Assembly (NCBI RefSeq): GCF_006345805.1
Contig: NC_043009.1
Coordinates: 52,886,001-52,950,000 of the forward strand
Source of the DNA: Octopus sinensis
Lineage: Eukaryota
DNA length: 64,000 nucleotides
Direction of reading: 5' to 3'
Both the position numbers and the translations under genes were made by a program. The notes under the pieces are model-generated. The model saw nothing but the letters and a program-made list of their open reading frames with translations. It was not told the origin of the DNA and searched no databases. Position 1 is the first letter of the stretch. Every line of letters begins with the position of its first letter. Below are positions 40,986 to 56,273 of the stretch, one piece after another.

Positions 40986-41774
40986 TCAGTGTAGAGTTGT
41001 CTGGAAGCAGCAGCACTGCCTTCACAAATGCCAGTTGATGGTCTTTGATGATGGCTACATCTGTCACATATAACCCTTTCTACTACAGGTACAAGGCCTG
41101 AAATTTTGGGGTAAGGGCATTAGTTGATTACATCGACCACAGTGTGTAACTGGTACTTATTTCATCGATCCCAAAAGAATGAAAGGCAAAGTCATCCGCT
41201 GCAGAATTTGAACTCAGAACATAATGACCGATGAAATACTGCTAAGCATTTTGTCCGTCGTGCTAACGATTCTGCCAGCTTGCTATCTTTATAATAACTA
41301 CATATAATACCTGTAACTAAATCTCAGAGCCTACTTTCACTTGGAACCCCAAAGTATTCTATTCCTTAACAACTTTTAGATTCAGATTCCATCTTCATAA
41401 CTGCCATGTGCTATCATTTTCATTACCTTGTTGCTAGATTCACAGCTTGAAAGGAAACTCAATACATTTAGCAGTATCAGATATCCTCACAGGTTATATA
41501 ATATCATGAAGTAACATTTCTTTTTTTTTTTTTTTTTTCTTCATTCAATAAGGGAAATCTAGTTCGGACAACTTGTAGTGACATGAGCAGTCAACAGTCT
41601 TACATACAGTCTCCACCTTGGTTTTTGATGTTGTTGGTTAATCTCAAAGTCAACAGTGACTGATCAGAACTCTAATCAAAGACATTCTAGCAGTAAACAT
41701 TATGCAATGTGTCCTCCTTTTTAAGACAGTAGGGTATGAAATTGAGGAGATTAAACTTATTTCTTGCAGGTTAC

Positions 41775-42093
41775 TCTAGTTGGTTTCTCAAGGAGAAACC
41801 AGGAGAATTCATCTATGAAGAAATTGCCCCAGCTCCCCTTCAGGGTTGGCGAAAGCGATGTGATGGACAACGAAAAACTTGGCTGATGACAGTCAAGGCT
41901 GATCTAGAACCCAGCCTAGGCCCCCATATCTACGGCGTTCGCCTCTGGAATAAGGAGTGGTTGGAGATGACACGGTCGTTAGCCTCAAACAGCCTGGTCT
42001 GGTCGGCATTTGTGAGAGATGCAGCATTGAGGATGAATGAAGCCAGCTCAACCCATCCCAGATGAATGCTGTCTCAAGACAAGACAAGAAGAC
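41775..42093 (+). mobile_element. RTE-clade LINE 3' fragment (second family)
   Basis: GWRKRCDGQRKTWLMTVKADL...W C-terminal pattern and (CAAGA)n tail. Confidence 0.75.
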
Positions 42094-42386
42094 ATGTTAA
42101 CTCAACCCTCATGATATAGGCTTGTGATGAATGATATTCCATCTCTAACGATTCAATCTCTTTGTGAAGGCATGTTTCCCTTGATTTACATTATCTATGA
42201 TGTCATTAACATTTTTAGGAAAGTAGGTTGATCTGAGAGCTATTTCTAGTTCGTAGAGTGGCTGCTTAGAAGAATCTTTGTCTGGTCAACAGCTTGTCCG
42301 ATTCAGACTGTTTAGCCCTACTCTAGCTTTTCCTAGCAAAGCTAGCAGAGGAATACTGTTCAAAAGTATTCCAAACAACACCATCT

Positions 42387-42441
<55 letters not shown>

Positions 42442-42478
42442 AACATAACAATTATAAACGGGAAATTTTAGCCATTTC

Positions 42479-42540
<62 letters not shown>

Positions 42541-42679
42541 ATATATATATATGTATATATGTGTGTGTGTATATATTATATATGTATATATGTGTGTGTG
42601 TATATATATATGTGTTATATATATGTATATATATGTTATATATATGTGTGTGTATATATATATATATATATATACATAT

Positions 42680-42866
42680 GTAGGTCCGGGTTGATTCGGG
42701 GTTAACCACAGTAAATAAGGTACTCAATACATAGCAGAGTAAATATTTATATATAGAAGGACTTCTACAGGACTAGAACTGTTTCATTCAAGAGAATCTT
42801 CAGGAAGCTCGGAAGATTCTCTTGAATAAACAGTTCTAGTCCTGTAGAAGCTCCTTCTATATATAT
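42680..42866 (-). mobile_element. Penelope-like terminal fragment with inverted repeat and hammerhead motif (second copy about 56910-57035)
   Basis: Arms of about 56 bp around GAAGCT. Minus strand reads CTTC CTGAAGA..GAAACAG..CTGTA GAAG. Confidence 0.65.
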
Positions 42867-43589
42867 ATACATATATATGGTGTGTGTGTATATATATATA
42901 TATATATATCTCATCATCATCATCATCATCATGTTTAACGTCCGCTTTCCCCGCGCTAGCACGGGTTGGACGGTTCGAACCGGGTCTGGGAAGCCAGGGC
43001 CGCTCAGGCTCCAGTCTGAATCTGGCAGAGTTTTACGGCTGGATGCCCTTCCTAACGCCAACCACTCCGTGAGTGGATTGGGTGCTTTTACGTGCCACCT
43101 GCAACAGGGCCGGAGGGTCCGGCATCGTCACGATCTTTCGTGCATTTTAACGTGTCGCGGCACCGGGGCAACGAGGTCCGGTACTTTGGGGATCGGGGGT
43201 ACTTTGGGGATCCAGGGTGGTGTTAGCAGTGGACATTCGTTATCTCACTGATCGTAATTAGGTAGAGGAAGAAATACAGATATTCTAGAGTTGAGTGGGG
43301 AGGGGGCCCAGTTAGGCGGGTAGTATATGGGAGCACCATGGGGAAGGTTGGGGTAAGGAGGACGATGGCAGGAAGGATTGGTGTAGGTTCGTAAGAAATA
43401 AAACGTAGGATATTACGAGGCTGAAGGGTACTAAAGGGGGATGGTCGGATTGAGGCAGTGTCAGAGGAAGCAAAGATCGGTGGGCAGTTGAGCTATGGCG
43501 CTAGCAGCTTGTCTTTTCACAGTGAAAGCATATGAGGAGAAGGGGTAGTGGGGGAGGAGGAGGGGTAGGACGTATCCGGTGTAGATGGT

Positions 43590-43815
43590 GAGAACAGGGT
43601 ATACTGGTATTGGTGGTGGGGGTGAGAACAGTGTTCACCGTATTGGTGGTGGCGGTGAGAACAGTGTTCACCGGTATTGGTGGTGGGGGTGAGAACAGTG
43701 TTCACCGGTATTGGTGGTGGGGTGGGACAGTGTTCACCGGTATTGGTGGTGGGGGTGAGAACAGTGTCACCGGTATTGGTGGTGGGGTGAGGACAGTGTT
43801 CATCGGTATTGGTGT
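43590..43815. repeat. About 31-bp GC-rich VNTR (GAGAACAGTGTTCACCGGTATTGGTGGTGGGGGT-like), about 7 units
   Basis: Directly visible tandem units. Confidence 0.9.
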
Positions 43816-44218
43816 GGGGGTGGGGGCGGGCGCACCGCCAATGGCGGAAAGATGGGAAAAGAAGGATTACGGCTTGAGGTAGCCTAAGGTTAAATTTCGT
43901 AGAGAGAGAGAAGGAAAGATAAATCAAGTTATGGCGAAGGCTTGAAAGTAGCTAAAAGGTTAGAATTTTCGTAGCGAATGAGTGGGTAAGACGAATCAAG
44001 TTATCAAAGTATGATAAACGTAGTAACACGAATAAAAATAGTAAGATAAATTTTTAAGAACTTGCTGCGGGCATCGACCGGGAGTTGAATTTGAAGAAGA
44101 AAGTGAATCGTAATGGTATGGCGATTTCAAGTTTTAGCATAAGAAGAAGAAGAGGAGGAAAAAAAGACCGCCAATGCGGAAAGATGGAAAAGATAGGATT
44201 ATATATATATCTATATAT

Positions 44219-44249
<31 letters not shown>

Positions 44250-44629
44250 AACCCATCTGATCGTGGCTGTTTGCCAGACTCTCTGGCACGTAAAAAGCAC
44301 CCACGACACTCATGGAGTGGTTGGCGTTAGGAAGGGCATCCAACCGTAGAAACACTGCCAGATCAGACTGGGCCTGGTGCAGCCTTCTGGCTTCCCAGAC
44401 CCGTTGGACTGTCCAAACCATGCTAGCATGGAAAGCGGACCCTAAACGATGATGATGATGATGATGATATATATATATACGTATATATATATATATATAT
44501 ATATATATACTTCAATTAAAGCATATTACTCTACCACTGGTATTTGAGTACTCTTTTTTCCACCTTGTTTCACATTTATGTGTTTACTCCGGTATAAATA
44601 TATATATATATATAGACCAGGAAACCATG

Positions 44630-46115
44630 ATGGCCCTCTGTGGACCTTGGAAGCCCAGGCTATTGCAGTATCTTGTCCTACATCTTGATGGCATATTTGG
44701 AGTCCTTGGCACTATGCAGTGGCGCCCAGTTCTGGCATTTGTGTAACTCTCGATGCCAAGGTTTGGGACAAGTCCTTCCGGGATGTTCCAGATGTATATT
44801 ATGGCATATCTTTCTCGCCTATGCTCTAAGGAATAGAGTCTTAATCTCTTGAGTCTTTCCCAATAGCTTATATGCTGCATAGAGGCTATCTTCTTCGTGT
44901 AGCTTCGTTGGATCGCCTCAAGTTCTGCGATTAACTTGACACTAGATGGTGACCATAGCTGAGAGCAATAGTCAAAGTGGCTTAGGACAAGTGTCCTCAA
45001 GAGGACCATCATGGTTTCCTTGTCTCTTGTTCTAAAATTCTATGACTCCAACCGGTCAGCCGCCTACATTTCATTGCTAATTTAGCAACATGCACATGAA
45101 AGGTTGCATCATTACCCAAGTAAATGCCCAGGTCTCACACTGATTGTACCTCTGGGATTGCAATCCCTCCAGGTCCAGTGTATTTATTGGGTATTGCATT
45201 TAGTTTTGCATGCTGATAGCACAAAGCTCAAAACTTTTCAGCATTGAACTGCATGCCATTCTTTTCAGCCCACTTGTATATTTCATCCAGCTCATATTGC
45301 AGGTGCATAGTGTCTTCAAGGTTCTGTATTACCCATGAAACTTTTGTATCATCTGCATATATTGTGGTCATGGCTCTCTGTGTGGCTGAGGCCATGTCTG
45401 AGAGGACCATTATGAACAGTAGTGGTCCCAAAACAGTGCCTTGCGAAACACCGCACACAATTTGTGTGTCATTGGAGGTGGCGCCATTGGGTACTACCAC
45501 CTGACTTGTATCCTTCAGAAAGTCATGAAGCCATTCTCCCAATTTTCCAACTGTGCCAAGATCATGCAGTTTGTGACATATCATTCCATGATCGACTTTA
45601 TCAAAGGCCTTTGCAAAGTCGAGATATATCACTTCCACATTTGAGTGGTTGAGCAGCTGTTTCAGCACCCAGCCATTGTGTTGTAAGAGCTGAGTTAGGC
45701 AGCTTCTTCCTGGTCGGAAACCATGTTGGGGGTCAGGTAGCAAGTCATTTTCTTCAAAGAAGGCGATTAGTTTGCTTCTGACTATTCGTTCCATGACCTT
45801 GCTGATGTGTGAGGTCAGAGAGATAGGTCTGTAGTTCTTGGCCTCCGCTCTGCTACCTCCTTTATGAATAGGGCATATTTAACCCTCCTTCAATGGTCTT
45901 GCTAGGACTCGCTTACATACTTTAGAAGATTTGCAAGGAATCCATCAGAGCCAGGAGCTGAGTTTGGGTTATTTTCATCTATAGCCCTCATTACATAGTC
46001 ATCCTTTATATTAATGTAATCGATCATCATTGCCTCTGTTTTTATATCTGGAGTGATAAAGAAGTCAGTTGGATTGCTGACTTGAAAGTGCTCTAGGGGT
46101 AGAGTGAAAATACTA
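44630..46115 (-). mobile_element. CR1-group LINE ORF2 (RT) remnant
   Basis: [42 protein letters not shown] and YADD motifs, with frameshifts and stops. Confidence 0.92.
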
Positions 46116-46466
46116 TTGAAATACATACATATATATACATATATATATATATATACACACATGTATATATACATATATATATACACATGTATACATATAT
46201 ATATACACATGTATACATATATATACACATGTATATATACATATATATGTATATGTGTATATATATATATGTATATATATATATATGTGTATACATATGT
46301 ATATACATATATGTGTATATATATGGATATATATATGCATATATATGGATATATATATGTATATGTATATACATATATGTGTATGTATATACATATATGT
46401 GTATGTATATACATATATGTGTATGTATGTTATATATATATATATATATATGTGTGTATATATATA

Positions 46467-46508
<42 letters not shown>

Positions 46509-46537
46509 GTGTGTGTATATTATATATATATATATAT

Positions 46538-47944
46538 CATCATCATCATCGTTTAATGTCCGCTCTCCATGCTAGCATGGGTTGGACAGTTCGACCGGGG
46601 ATCTGGGAAGCCAGAAGGCTGCACCAGGCTCCAGTCTTATCCGGCAATGTTTCTACAGCTGGATGCCCTTCTTAACGCCAACCACTCCGTGAGTGTAGTG
46701 GGTGCTTTTTACGTGCCACCTGCACACGTGCCAGGCGAGGCTGGCAACGGCCACGGTCGGATTGGTGTATTTTATGTGCCACCGGCACGGAAGCCAGTCG
46801 AGGCGGCGCTGGCATCGGCCACGAGTCGGATAGTGCTTTTCACGTACCACCAGACCAGGGATCCTGGCTGGTTCAGTTCGCTTTCACTTGCCCCAACATG
46901 TCTTCGCAAGCAAAGGGGGTTGGCATGGGTGCCTGTCGTACGGTCGGATTGGTGTATTTTACGTGCACCGCAGGGCACGGAAGCCAGTGGAGGCGGCGCT
47001 GGCATCGGCCACGAGTCGGATAGTGCTTTTTACGTACCACCAGACCAGGGATCCTGGCTGGTTCAATTCGATTTCGATTTCCCCACATGTCTTTGCAAGC
47101 AAAGGGGGTTGGCATGGGTGCCTGTCGTAGGATGAGGTTCTATATCGACTTCGCTTGCCTCAACAGGTCTTTGTGTCCAAGGGAGGAAAGGCATTCATAA
47201 GTGGGCTGGGCTCACTTGTCCTGCCTGTCTTCTCACTTACAGCATATTTCCAAAGGTCTCGGTCGCTGGTCATTTCCTCAGTGAGGCTAAAGTTCGAAGG
47301 TCGTGCTTCACACCCTCGTCCCAGGTATTCCTGGGTCTACCTCTTCCACGGGTTCCTTCAACTGCTAGAGATTGGCACTTTCTCACACACCTATCTTCAT
47401 CCATTCTCGCCACATGACCATACCAGCGCAATCGTCTCTCTTGCACACCACAACTGATGCTTCTTAGGTACAACTTTTCTCTCAAGGTACTAATGCTCTG
47501 TCGAGTATGTACACTGACATTACACATCCATCGGAGCATACTGGCTTCATTCCTCTCGAGCTTACGCATGTCCTCAGCAGTCACGGCCCATGTTTCAATG
47601 CCATGTAGCATGGCTGTTCGTACACATGCATCATACAGTCTGCCTTTTACTCTGAGTGAGAGGCCTTTAGTCACCAGCAGAGGTAAGAGCTCCCTAAACT
47701 TTGCCCAGGCTATTCTTATTCTAGCAGTTACACTTTCAGCGCACCCACCCCCACTGCTGACTTGGTCGCCTAGATAATGGAAGCTATCAACTACTTCTAG
47801 TTTTTCCCCTGGAAAGTGACGGAAGTTGTTTTCTGCAGATTTTCGGAGGTTAATGCTCCCAAGCATCTGCCACATACAAAAACTATCTTCCCAGTTAGCC
47901 TACCTTTGACATAGCTGCACCTCTTATGTGTCCATAGCTTACAC
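46538..47944 (-). mobile_element. 5'-truncated RTE LINE
   Basis: F.YLG, RIRIAWAKFREL, RRLRWYGHVARM, RGRGRPR.TW, long 3' UTR and (GAT)n tail. Confidence 0.92.
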
Positions 47945-47980
<36 letters not shown>

Positions 47981-48212
47981 CTGTATATATATGTATATAT
48001 ATATGTGTGAATATATATATGTATATATCTGTGTGAATATATATATGTAAATATCTGTGTGAATATATATATGTAAATATCTGTGTGAATATATAAATAT
48101 ATATGTATATATATGTATATATAAATATATATGTATATATATGTATATATATATGTATATATATATATATGTATGTGTGTGTATATATAATATGTGTGTG
48201 TATATATATATA

Positions 48213-48257
<45 letters not shown>

Positions 48258-48572
48258 ATATATGTGTATATATATATATATATATATGTACATATATACA
48301 GATATATACATATATATAGATATATACATATATACAGATATGTACATATATGTAAATATATAATACATGTATATACATATATATATATATACATATATAT
48401 ACATATATACATATATATACATAGATAAATATATATATATACAGATACATATATATATACAGATACATATATATATACATAGATACATATATATATACAG
48501 ATACATATATATATACATAGATACATATATACAGATACATATATATATATACATAGATACATATATATATAC

Positions 48573-48608
<36 letters not shown>

Positions 48609-48629
48609 GATACATATATATATACATAG

Positions 48630-48666
<37 letters not shown>

Positions 48667-48679
48667 TATATATATATAT
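47945..48679. repeat. (TA)n/(TACA)n degenerate microsatellite array (similar arrays at 42405-42679, 46120-46537, 49545-50785)
   Basis: Low-complexity sequence that produces the Y/I/M/C ORFs. Confidence 0.95.
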
Positions 48680-49528
48680 TTATTTATTCATTTTATTTAG
48701 TTTCATCTAGTTTCATCTCATGAGCTGTGGCCATGCTGGGGCACCGCCATTTGGTGTTGCTACATGATTTTACTTCACGAATATTTTTTAGCCATTGCCA
48801 TTTGGTGCATGAAAGAGTTCGATGCAGCTGCCCTCATCTGCACCTCCTGTCGTGAAGTTGGTTCATCTGGGACACCTGACAGGAAGAGATCCAGTTTTAT
48901 TTTAAAGACATCTGCATCCACCCCATGCAGGTCTCTCAGATCCTTTGGGAGGATATTGAAGAGCTGTGGACCTCTGAAGCCCAGGCTATCACAGTATATT
49001 GTCCTACATCTTGATGTCAAATTTGGAGTCCTTGGTACTATGCAGTGGCACCCAGTTCTTGTATTTGTGTAACTCTCGATGTCAAAGTTTGGGACAAGTC
49101 CTTCTAGGATCTTCCAGATGTATATTATGGCATATCTTTCTCGCCTATGCTCTAAAGAATAGAGTCTTAATCTCTTGAGTTTTTCCCAGTAGCTTATATG
49201 CTGCACAGAGGCTATCTTCTTCATGTAGCTTCGTTGGATCGCCTCAAGTTCTGCGATTAACTTGACATTGGATGGTGACCATAGCTGAGGGCAATAGTCA
49301 AAGTGACTTAGGACAAGTGTCCTCCAGAGGACCATCATGGTTTCCTGGTCTCTTGTTCTAAAGGTTCTAAGAATTCATCCGGTCAGATGCCTACATTTCA
49401 TTGCCAATTTAGCAACATGCATATGAAAGGTTGCATCATTACTCATGTAAATACCCAGGTCTCCCACTGACTGTGCCTCTGGGATCGCAATCCCTCCAGG
49501 TCCAGTGTATTTATTGGGTATTGCATTT
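48680..49528 (-). mobile_element. CR1-group LINE 3' end, same family as 44630-46115, with intact 3' UTR
   Basis: ORF 48775-49338 (LVLSHFDYC..LRLYSLEHRRER..LFNILP..FKIKLD) parallels 44584-45012. Confidence 0.9.
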
Positions 49529-49699
49529 AGGTTTGTTTGCTGATATATATATACATACTATATATATATAACATACATACTCTATATACTATATATATAT
49601 ATATATATACATGTATATATACATTATATATACATATATCTACATGTATATAGACTATATATATACTACATATACATGTATATATACATATATATATCC

Positions 49700-49744
<45 letters not shown>

Positions 49745-50285
49745 CATATACATATATATATACATATATTATATACATACATAACATACATATACATACA
49801 TACTATATATATACATACATATATATATATACATCATATATCTACATATATATAATACATATATACATATATATATACATACATATCTATATATACATAT
49901 ACATACATATATATACATATAATATACATACATATATATCTACATACATATATATATATACATACATATATATATATACATATATATATACTATATATAT
50001 CATACATATAATATACATATATATATATACATACATATATATATATACATATATATATACATACATATATATATATACATACATATATATATATATATCT
50101 ATATACATATATATATATACATACATATATATACATATCATATATACATAATACATATATATATATACATATATACATATATATACATACATACATATAT
50201 ATATATACATATATATATACACTATATATACATATATATACATATATATATACATATAATATACATATATATACATACATACACA

Positions 50286-50327
<42 letters not shown>

Positions 50328-50640
50328 CATATATATACATATATATATACATATATATATATCATATATATATATATATACATATATATAGACATATATT
50401 ACATATATATATACATATATTACATATATATATACATATATATATATATACATATATACATATATATATACATATATATATATACATATATATATATACA
50501 TATATTACATATATATATTACATATATATATACATATATATAACATCTATATATATACATATACATATATATCATACATATATCATATATATATACATAT
50601 ATATATACATATATACATATATATACATATATCTATATAC

Positions 50641-50671
<31 letters not shown>

Positions 50672-50787
50672 CATATATATATATACATTATATATATATA
50701 TACATATATATACACATATATATACATTATATATATATATATATTATACACATATACATATATATTATACATATACATATATATCAT

Positions 50788-52300
50788 TCATCATCATCAT
50801 CGTTTAGCGTCCGTTTTCCATGCTAGCATGGGTTGGACGGTTCTACTGGGGTCTGTGAAGCCAGAAGGCTTCATCAGGCCCAGTCAAATCTGGCAGTGTT
50901 TCTACGGCTGGATGCCCTTCCTAACGCCAACCACTCTGTGAGTGTAGTGGGTGCTTTTTACGTGCCACCGCACTGGTGCCAGCAGAGCTGGCAAACGGCC
51001 ACGAACGGATGGTCTTTTTATGTGCCACCAGCACGAGGGCCAGGCTGGCTGGCAACGGACACGAAACGGGGCGGTGCTGGCAACGGTCGCGAAACGGAAA
51101 GTTCTCTTACATGCCACCGGCACTGGTAACACATCTGCAATTTCCATTGATCGATTTCGATTCTGATCCTCACTTGCCTCAACGGGTCTTCACAAGTAGA
51201 GTTTCGACATGCCACGGCACTGGTAACACATCCGCAATTTCCATTGATCGATTTCGATTCTGATCCTCACTTGCCTCAACACGTCTTCACAAGTAGAGTT
51301 TTGTGTCCCAAGAAGGGAAGGTATGCATACGTAGGGCTGGCTCCATCCCATGTAGAAGGCCACGGGTTATGGACTCACTTGTCCTGCCGGGTCTTCTCCG
51401 CGCACAGCACACTTCCAGAGGTCTCGGTCTCTAGTCATTTCCTCAGTGAGACCTAAATTTTCGAAGGTCGTGCTTCACCACCTCGTCCCAGGTTTTCCTG
51501 GGTCTGCCTCTTCCACAAGTTCCCTCAACCGCTAGGGTGTGGCACTTTTTCACACAACTTCTTCATCCATTCTCGCCACATGACCATACCAGCGCAAACG
51601 TCTCTCTTGCACACCACAACTGATGCTCCTTAGGTCCAGCTTTTCTCTCAAGGTACTTACACTCTGCCGAGTATGAACACTGACATTACACATCCATCGG
51701 AGCATACTGGCTTCATTTCTAGCGAGCTTACGCATATCCTCAGCAGTCACGGCCCATGTTTCACTGCCATGTAGCATGGCTGTTCGTACACACGCATCAT
51801 ACAGTCTGCCTTTCACTCTGTGCGAGAGGTCTTTTGTCACCAGCAGAGGTAAGTGCTCTCTGAACTTTGCCCAAGCTATTCTTACTCTAGCAGTTACACT
51901 TTCACACAAACCCGCCCCCGCTGCTGACTTGGTCACCTAGGTAACGGAAACTATCAACTATTTCTAGTTTTTCTCCCTGGAAAGTGACGGAAGTTGGTCT
52001 CAGAGCATTTTCAGTGTTTATTGTTCCTGAGCATCTGCCACATACAAAAACCATTTTCCTAGTTAGCCTTCCTTTGACATTGCTGCATCTCTTATGTGTC
52101 CATAGCTTACACTTGGTGCATCTTATAGAGTTTCTACCTACACCTTTTCTACAGATCGAGCAGGGCCATCTACCTGAAGGTGTTTGTGATTTGTCTACCT
52201 TCCTACTGATTACGACTTTGGTTTTAGCTAGATTGACTCTGAGGCCCTTCGATTCTAATCCTTGTTTCCACACCTGAAACTTCTCCTCCAGTTCTGATAG
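50788..52300 (-). mobile_element. 5'-truncated RTE LINE with a PHD-like zinc finger
   Basis: [12 protein letters not shown], Cys/His cluster, FRYLG, RRLRWYGHVARM and (GAT)n tail. Confidence 0.92.
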
Positions 52301-52481
52301 CATATATACATATATATACACATATATATACATATATACATAGATATATACATATACATACATATATACATATATATACATATACATATATATATACATA
52401 CATATATATACATATATATATACATATACATACATATATACATACATATACATATATATATACACATACATATATATATAT

Positions 52482-53932
52482 AACAGGGAAACAGATCCCT
52501 CGCACTCAACTATCGCCCAATCTCACTCACCTCCCACATCATTAAAGCTGACTTCCTGGAGACCCACAAACTCCTAAATGCAAATCAGCATGGCTTTCGC
52601 TGTGGCAGGGACTGTCTAACACAGCTCTTACACCATATTGGAGATGTACTCAAAGCCTTGGGAACAGGTTCGAACTCTGATGTCATATATCTTGACTTCA
52701 GTAAAGCGTTCGACAGGGTAGACCATAATATCCTACTCTCAAAATTGGCAAATGTTGGAATCCGTGGAAAAGTTCTACACTTGATCAAGTATTTCCTGGC
52801 AAATAGAACACAACATCTTGTAGTTGACGGAGTCCACTCAAGCCCAGCAAAAGTCACCAGCGGTGTCCCCCAGGGGACTGTCTTGGGTCCGCTACTCTTC
52901 ATAATTTACATAAACGACCTTTCCAGTGTCGTACATTACTGCAAAGTGAAAATATTTGCTGATGACACTAAGCTCCAGCAAATCGTGCATGAAGAAGCAG
53001 ACCGAACTCAACTCCAGTCTGATCTATATGCTGTGAGTCAATGGGCAGACAGAAACAAATGCACTGAACGAGGAAAATTTGAGCTGATGGATTTTGGAAG
53101 AAATTCCTCCTCACTAAAACAGCCATACTCTCTTCCTTCAGGGGAACCGCTCACAGCCTCTAACAATATCAGAGACCTGGGTGTAATTGTTGATGACGAT
53201 CTCAGTTGGAGTGCACACATCAACAAGAAGGTCGATATAGCTCATAGGATGAGTTCCTGGATCCTTAGAACTTTCCGGTCCAGAGAACAAGGTGTCATCA
53301 TACCACTTTTCTCCTCCTTTGTACGGCCACACCTCGAATACTGCTGCCCACTGTGGTCTCCCCATACAAGACAAAACATCTCGAGGATTGAATCACCCCA
53401 GAGGGCACTCACTAAACGAATTGAAGGCATGGCTGCTCGCAATTATTGGGATCGCCTTAAAGCCTTGAAACTCTACTCTCTCCAGCGTCGCCATGAGCAG
53501 TACATCATTTGTACGATGTGGAGAATATACCGCCAACTTTGCCCAAACGACCTGAACATTAGCTTCAAGGTTCATCCAAGACTGGGACCATGGGCCATAT
53601 GTCCCCTGCCCAATTCCAGATCACAACATACATGTACACTGCAACATAATTTCTTTTCCTCAACAGGCCTTGCTCTATTTAACATTGTCCCGAAAGGGAT
53701 CAAAGAGGAAAAGGATCCCATCAACTCACTTTAAAACGGAGTTTGGATAGATTCCTTCAAGGAATACCAGATAAGACACCCATAATTGGATACAACTCAC
53801 CACCACAAAACTCACTACTTGAATGGACCGTAAACAAAACTTGACTTAAACACAGATTCAAATAATCCTATCAGGGGTGCTATTAAGTTAGACATGCCTG
53901 GACCAATCTTTGTCGAAACATGTCTAAGTTTT
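52482..53932 (+). mobile_element. CR1-group LINE ORF2 remnant (different family)
   Basis: ORF 52658-53734 with YLDFSKAFDRV, SGVPQGTVLGP, FADD, RDLGV and VRPHLEYC. Deletion and frameshift upstream. Confidence 0.92.
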
Positions 53933-55615
<1,683 letters not shown>

Positions 55616-56080
55616 AGGGAAATGAAGAGAGAGAAAGAGTGAAAGAGGGAGAGAGAGTATAACGCCGCCCTCTGAAAGCTGCATAATTCTAGAAAGAGGG
55701 CTGATAAATTATAAACAGGTGGTTAATATCGATAGATCGATACACAAACAGTCAGACAGATTATATATCAGGATGAGTGTAGTGACTGGTTAAAAATAGC
55801 CATGTCGTAGAGTAGACTGCTAGCTACCAGCACACAGAATTGGTCAAAGGCATGAATTTTGATTTTCCCAGTGTATTAGCGTTAAAACTAACTATTAATA
55901 CATTTAGGGGCATAGGCACGACAGTCACTGATTTTATTTTTAAATTAGGTGGTGTTGGTGAGGAGGGGTAGGGCGGTTACTAAAAACTCTACTGTTCGTC
56001 TGACATCTTGTGTCTGATAAATCAATATACTCTTGTTCATAATAAACACCATAAGCTGGCTAGAAATGATAGGATGCTAC

Positions 56081-56130
<50 letters not shown>

Positions 56131-56232
56131 ATCTATGATGTGTGTGTCTGTCTAATACATAATGTACATTTGAACAGATCAACTACGTATTTTTAATCCT
56201 TACATACATTAATTACATATTATATATATTAT

Positions 56233-56273
<41 letters not shown>

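Noticed and set aside
43590-43815. CRISPR-like regularly spaced repeats
   Set aside because: Head-to-tail units with no unique spacers, no cas genes, and a eukaryotic context.
52658-53734. Active LINE or domesticated RT gene
   Set aside because: 5'-truncated, no endonuclease domain, and a deletion and frameshift upstream.
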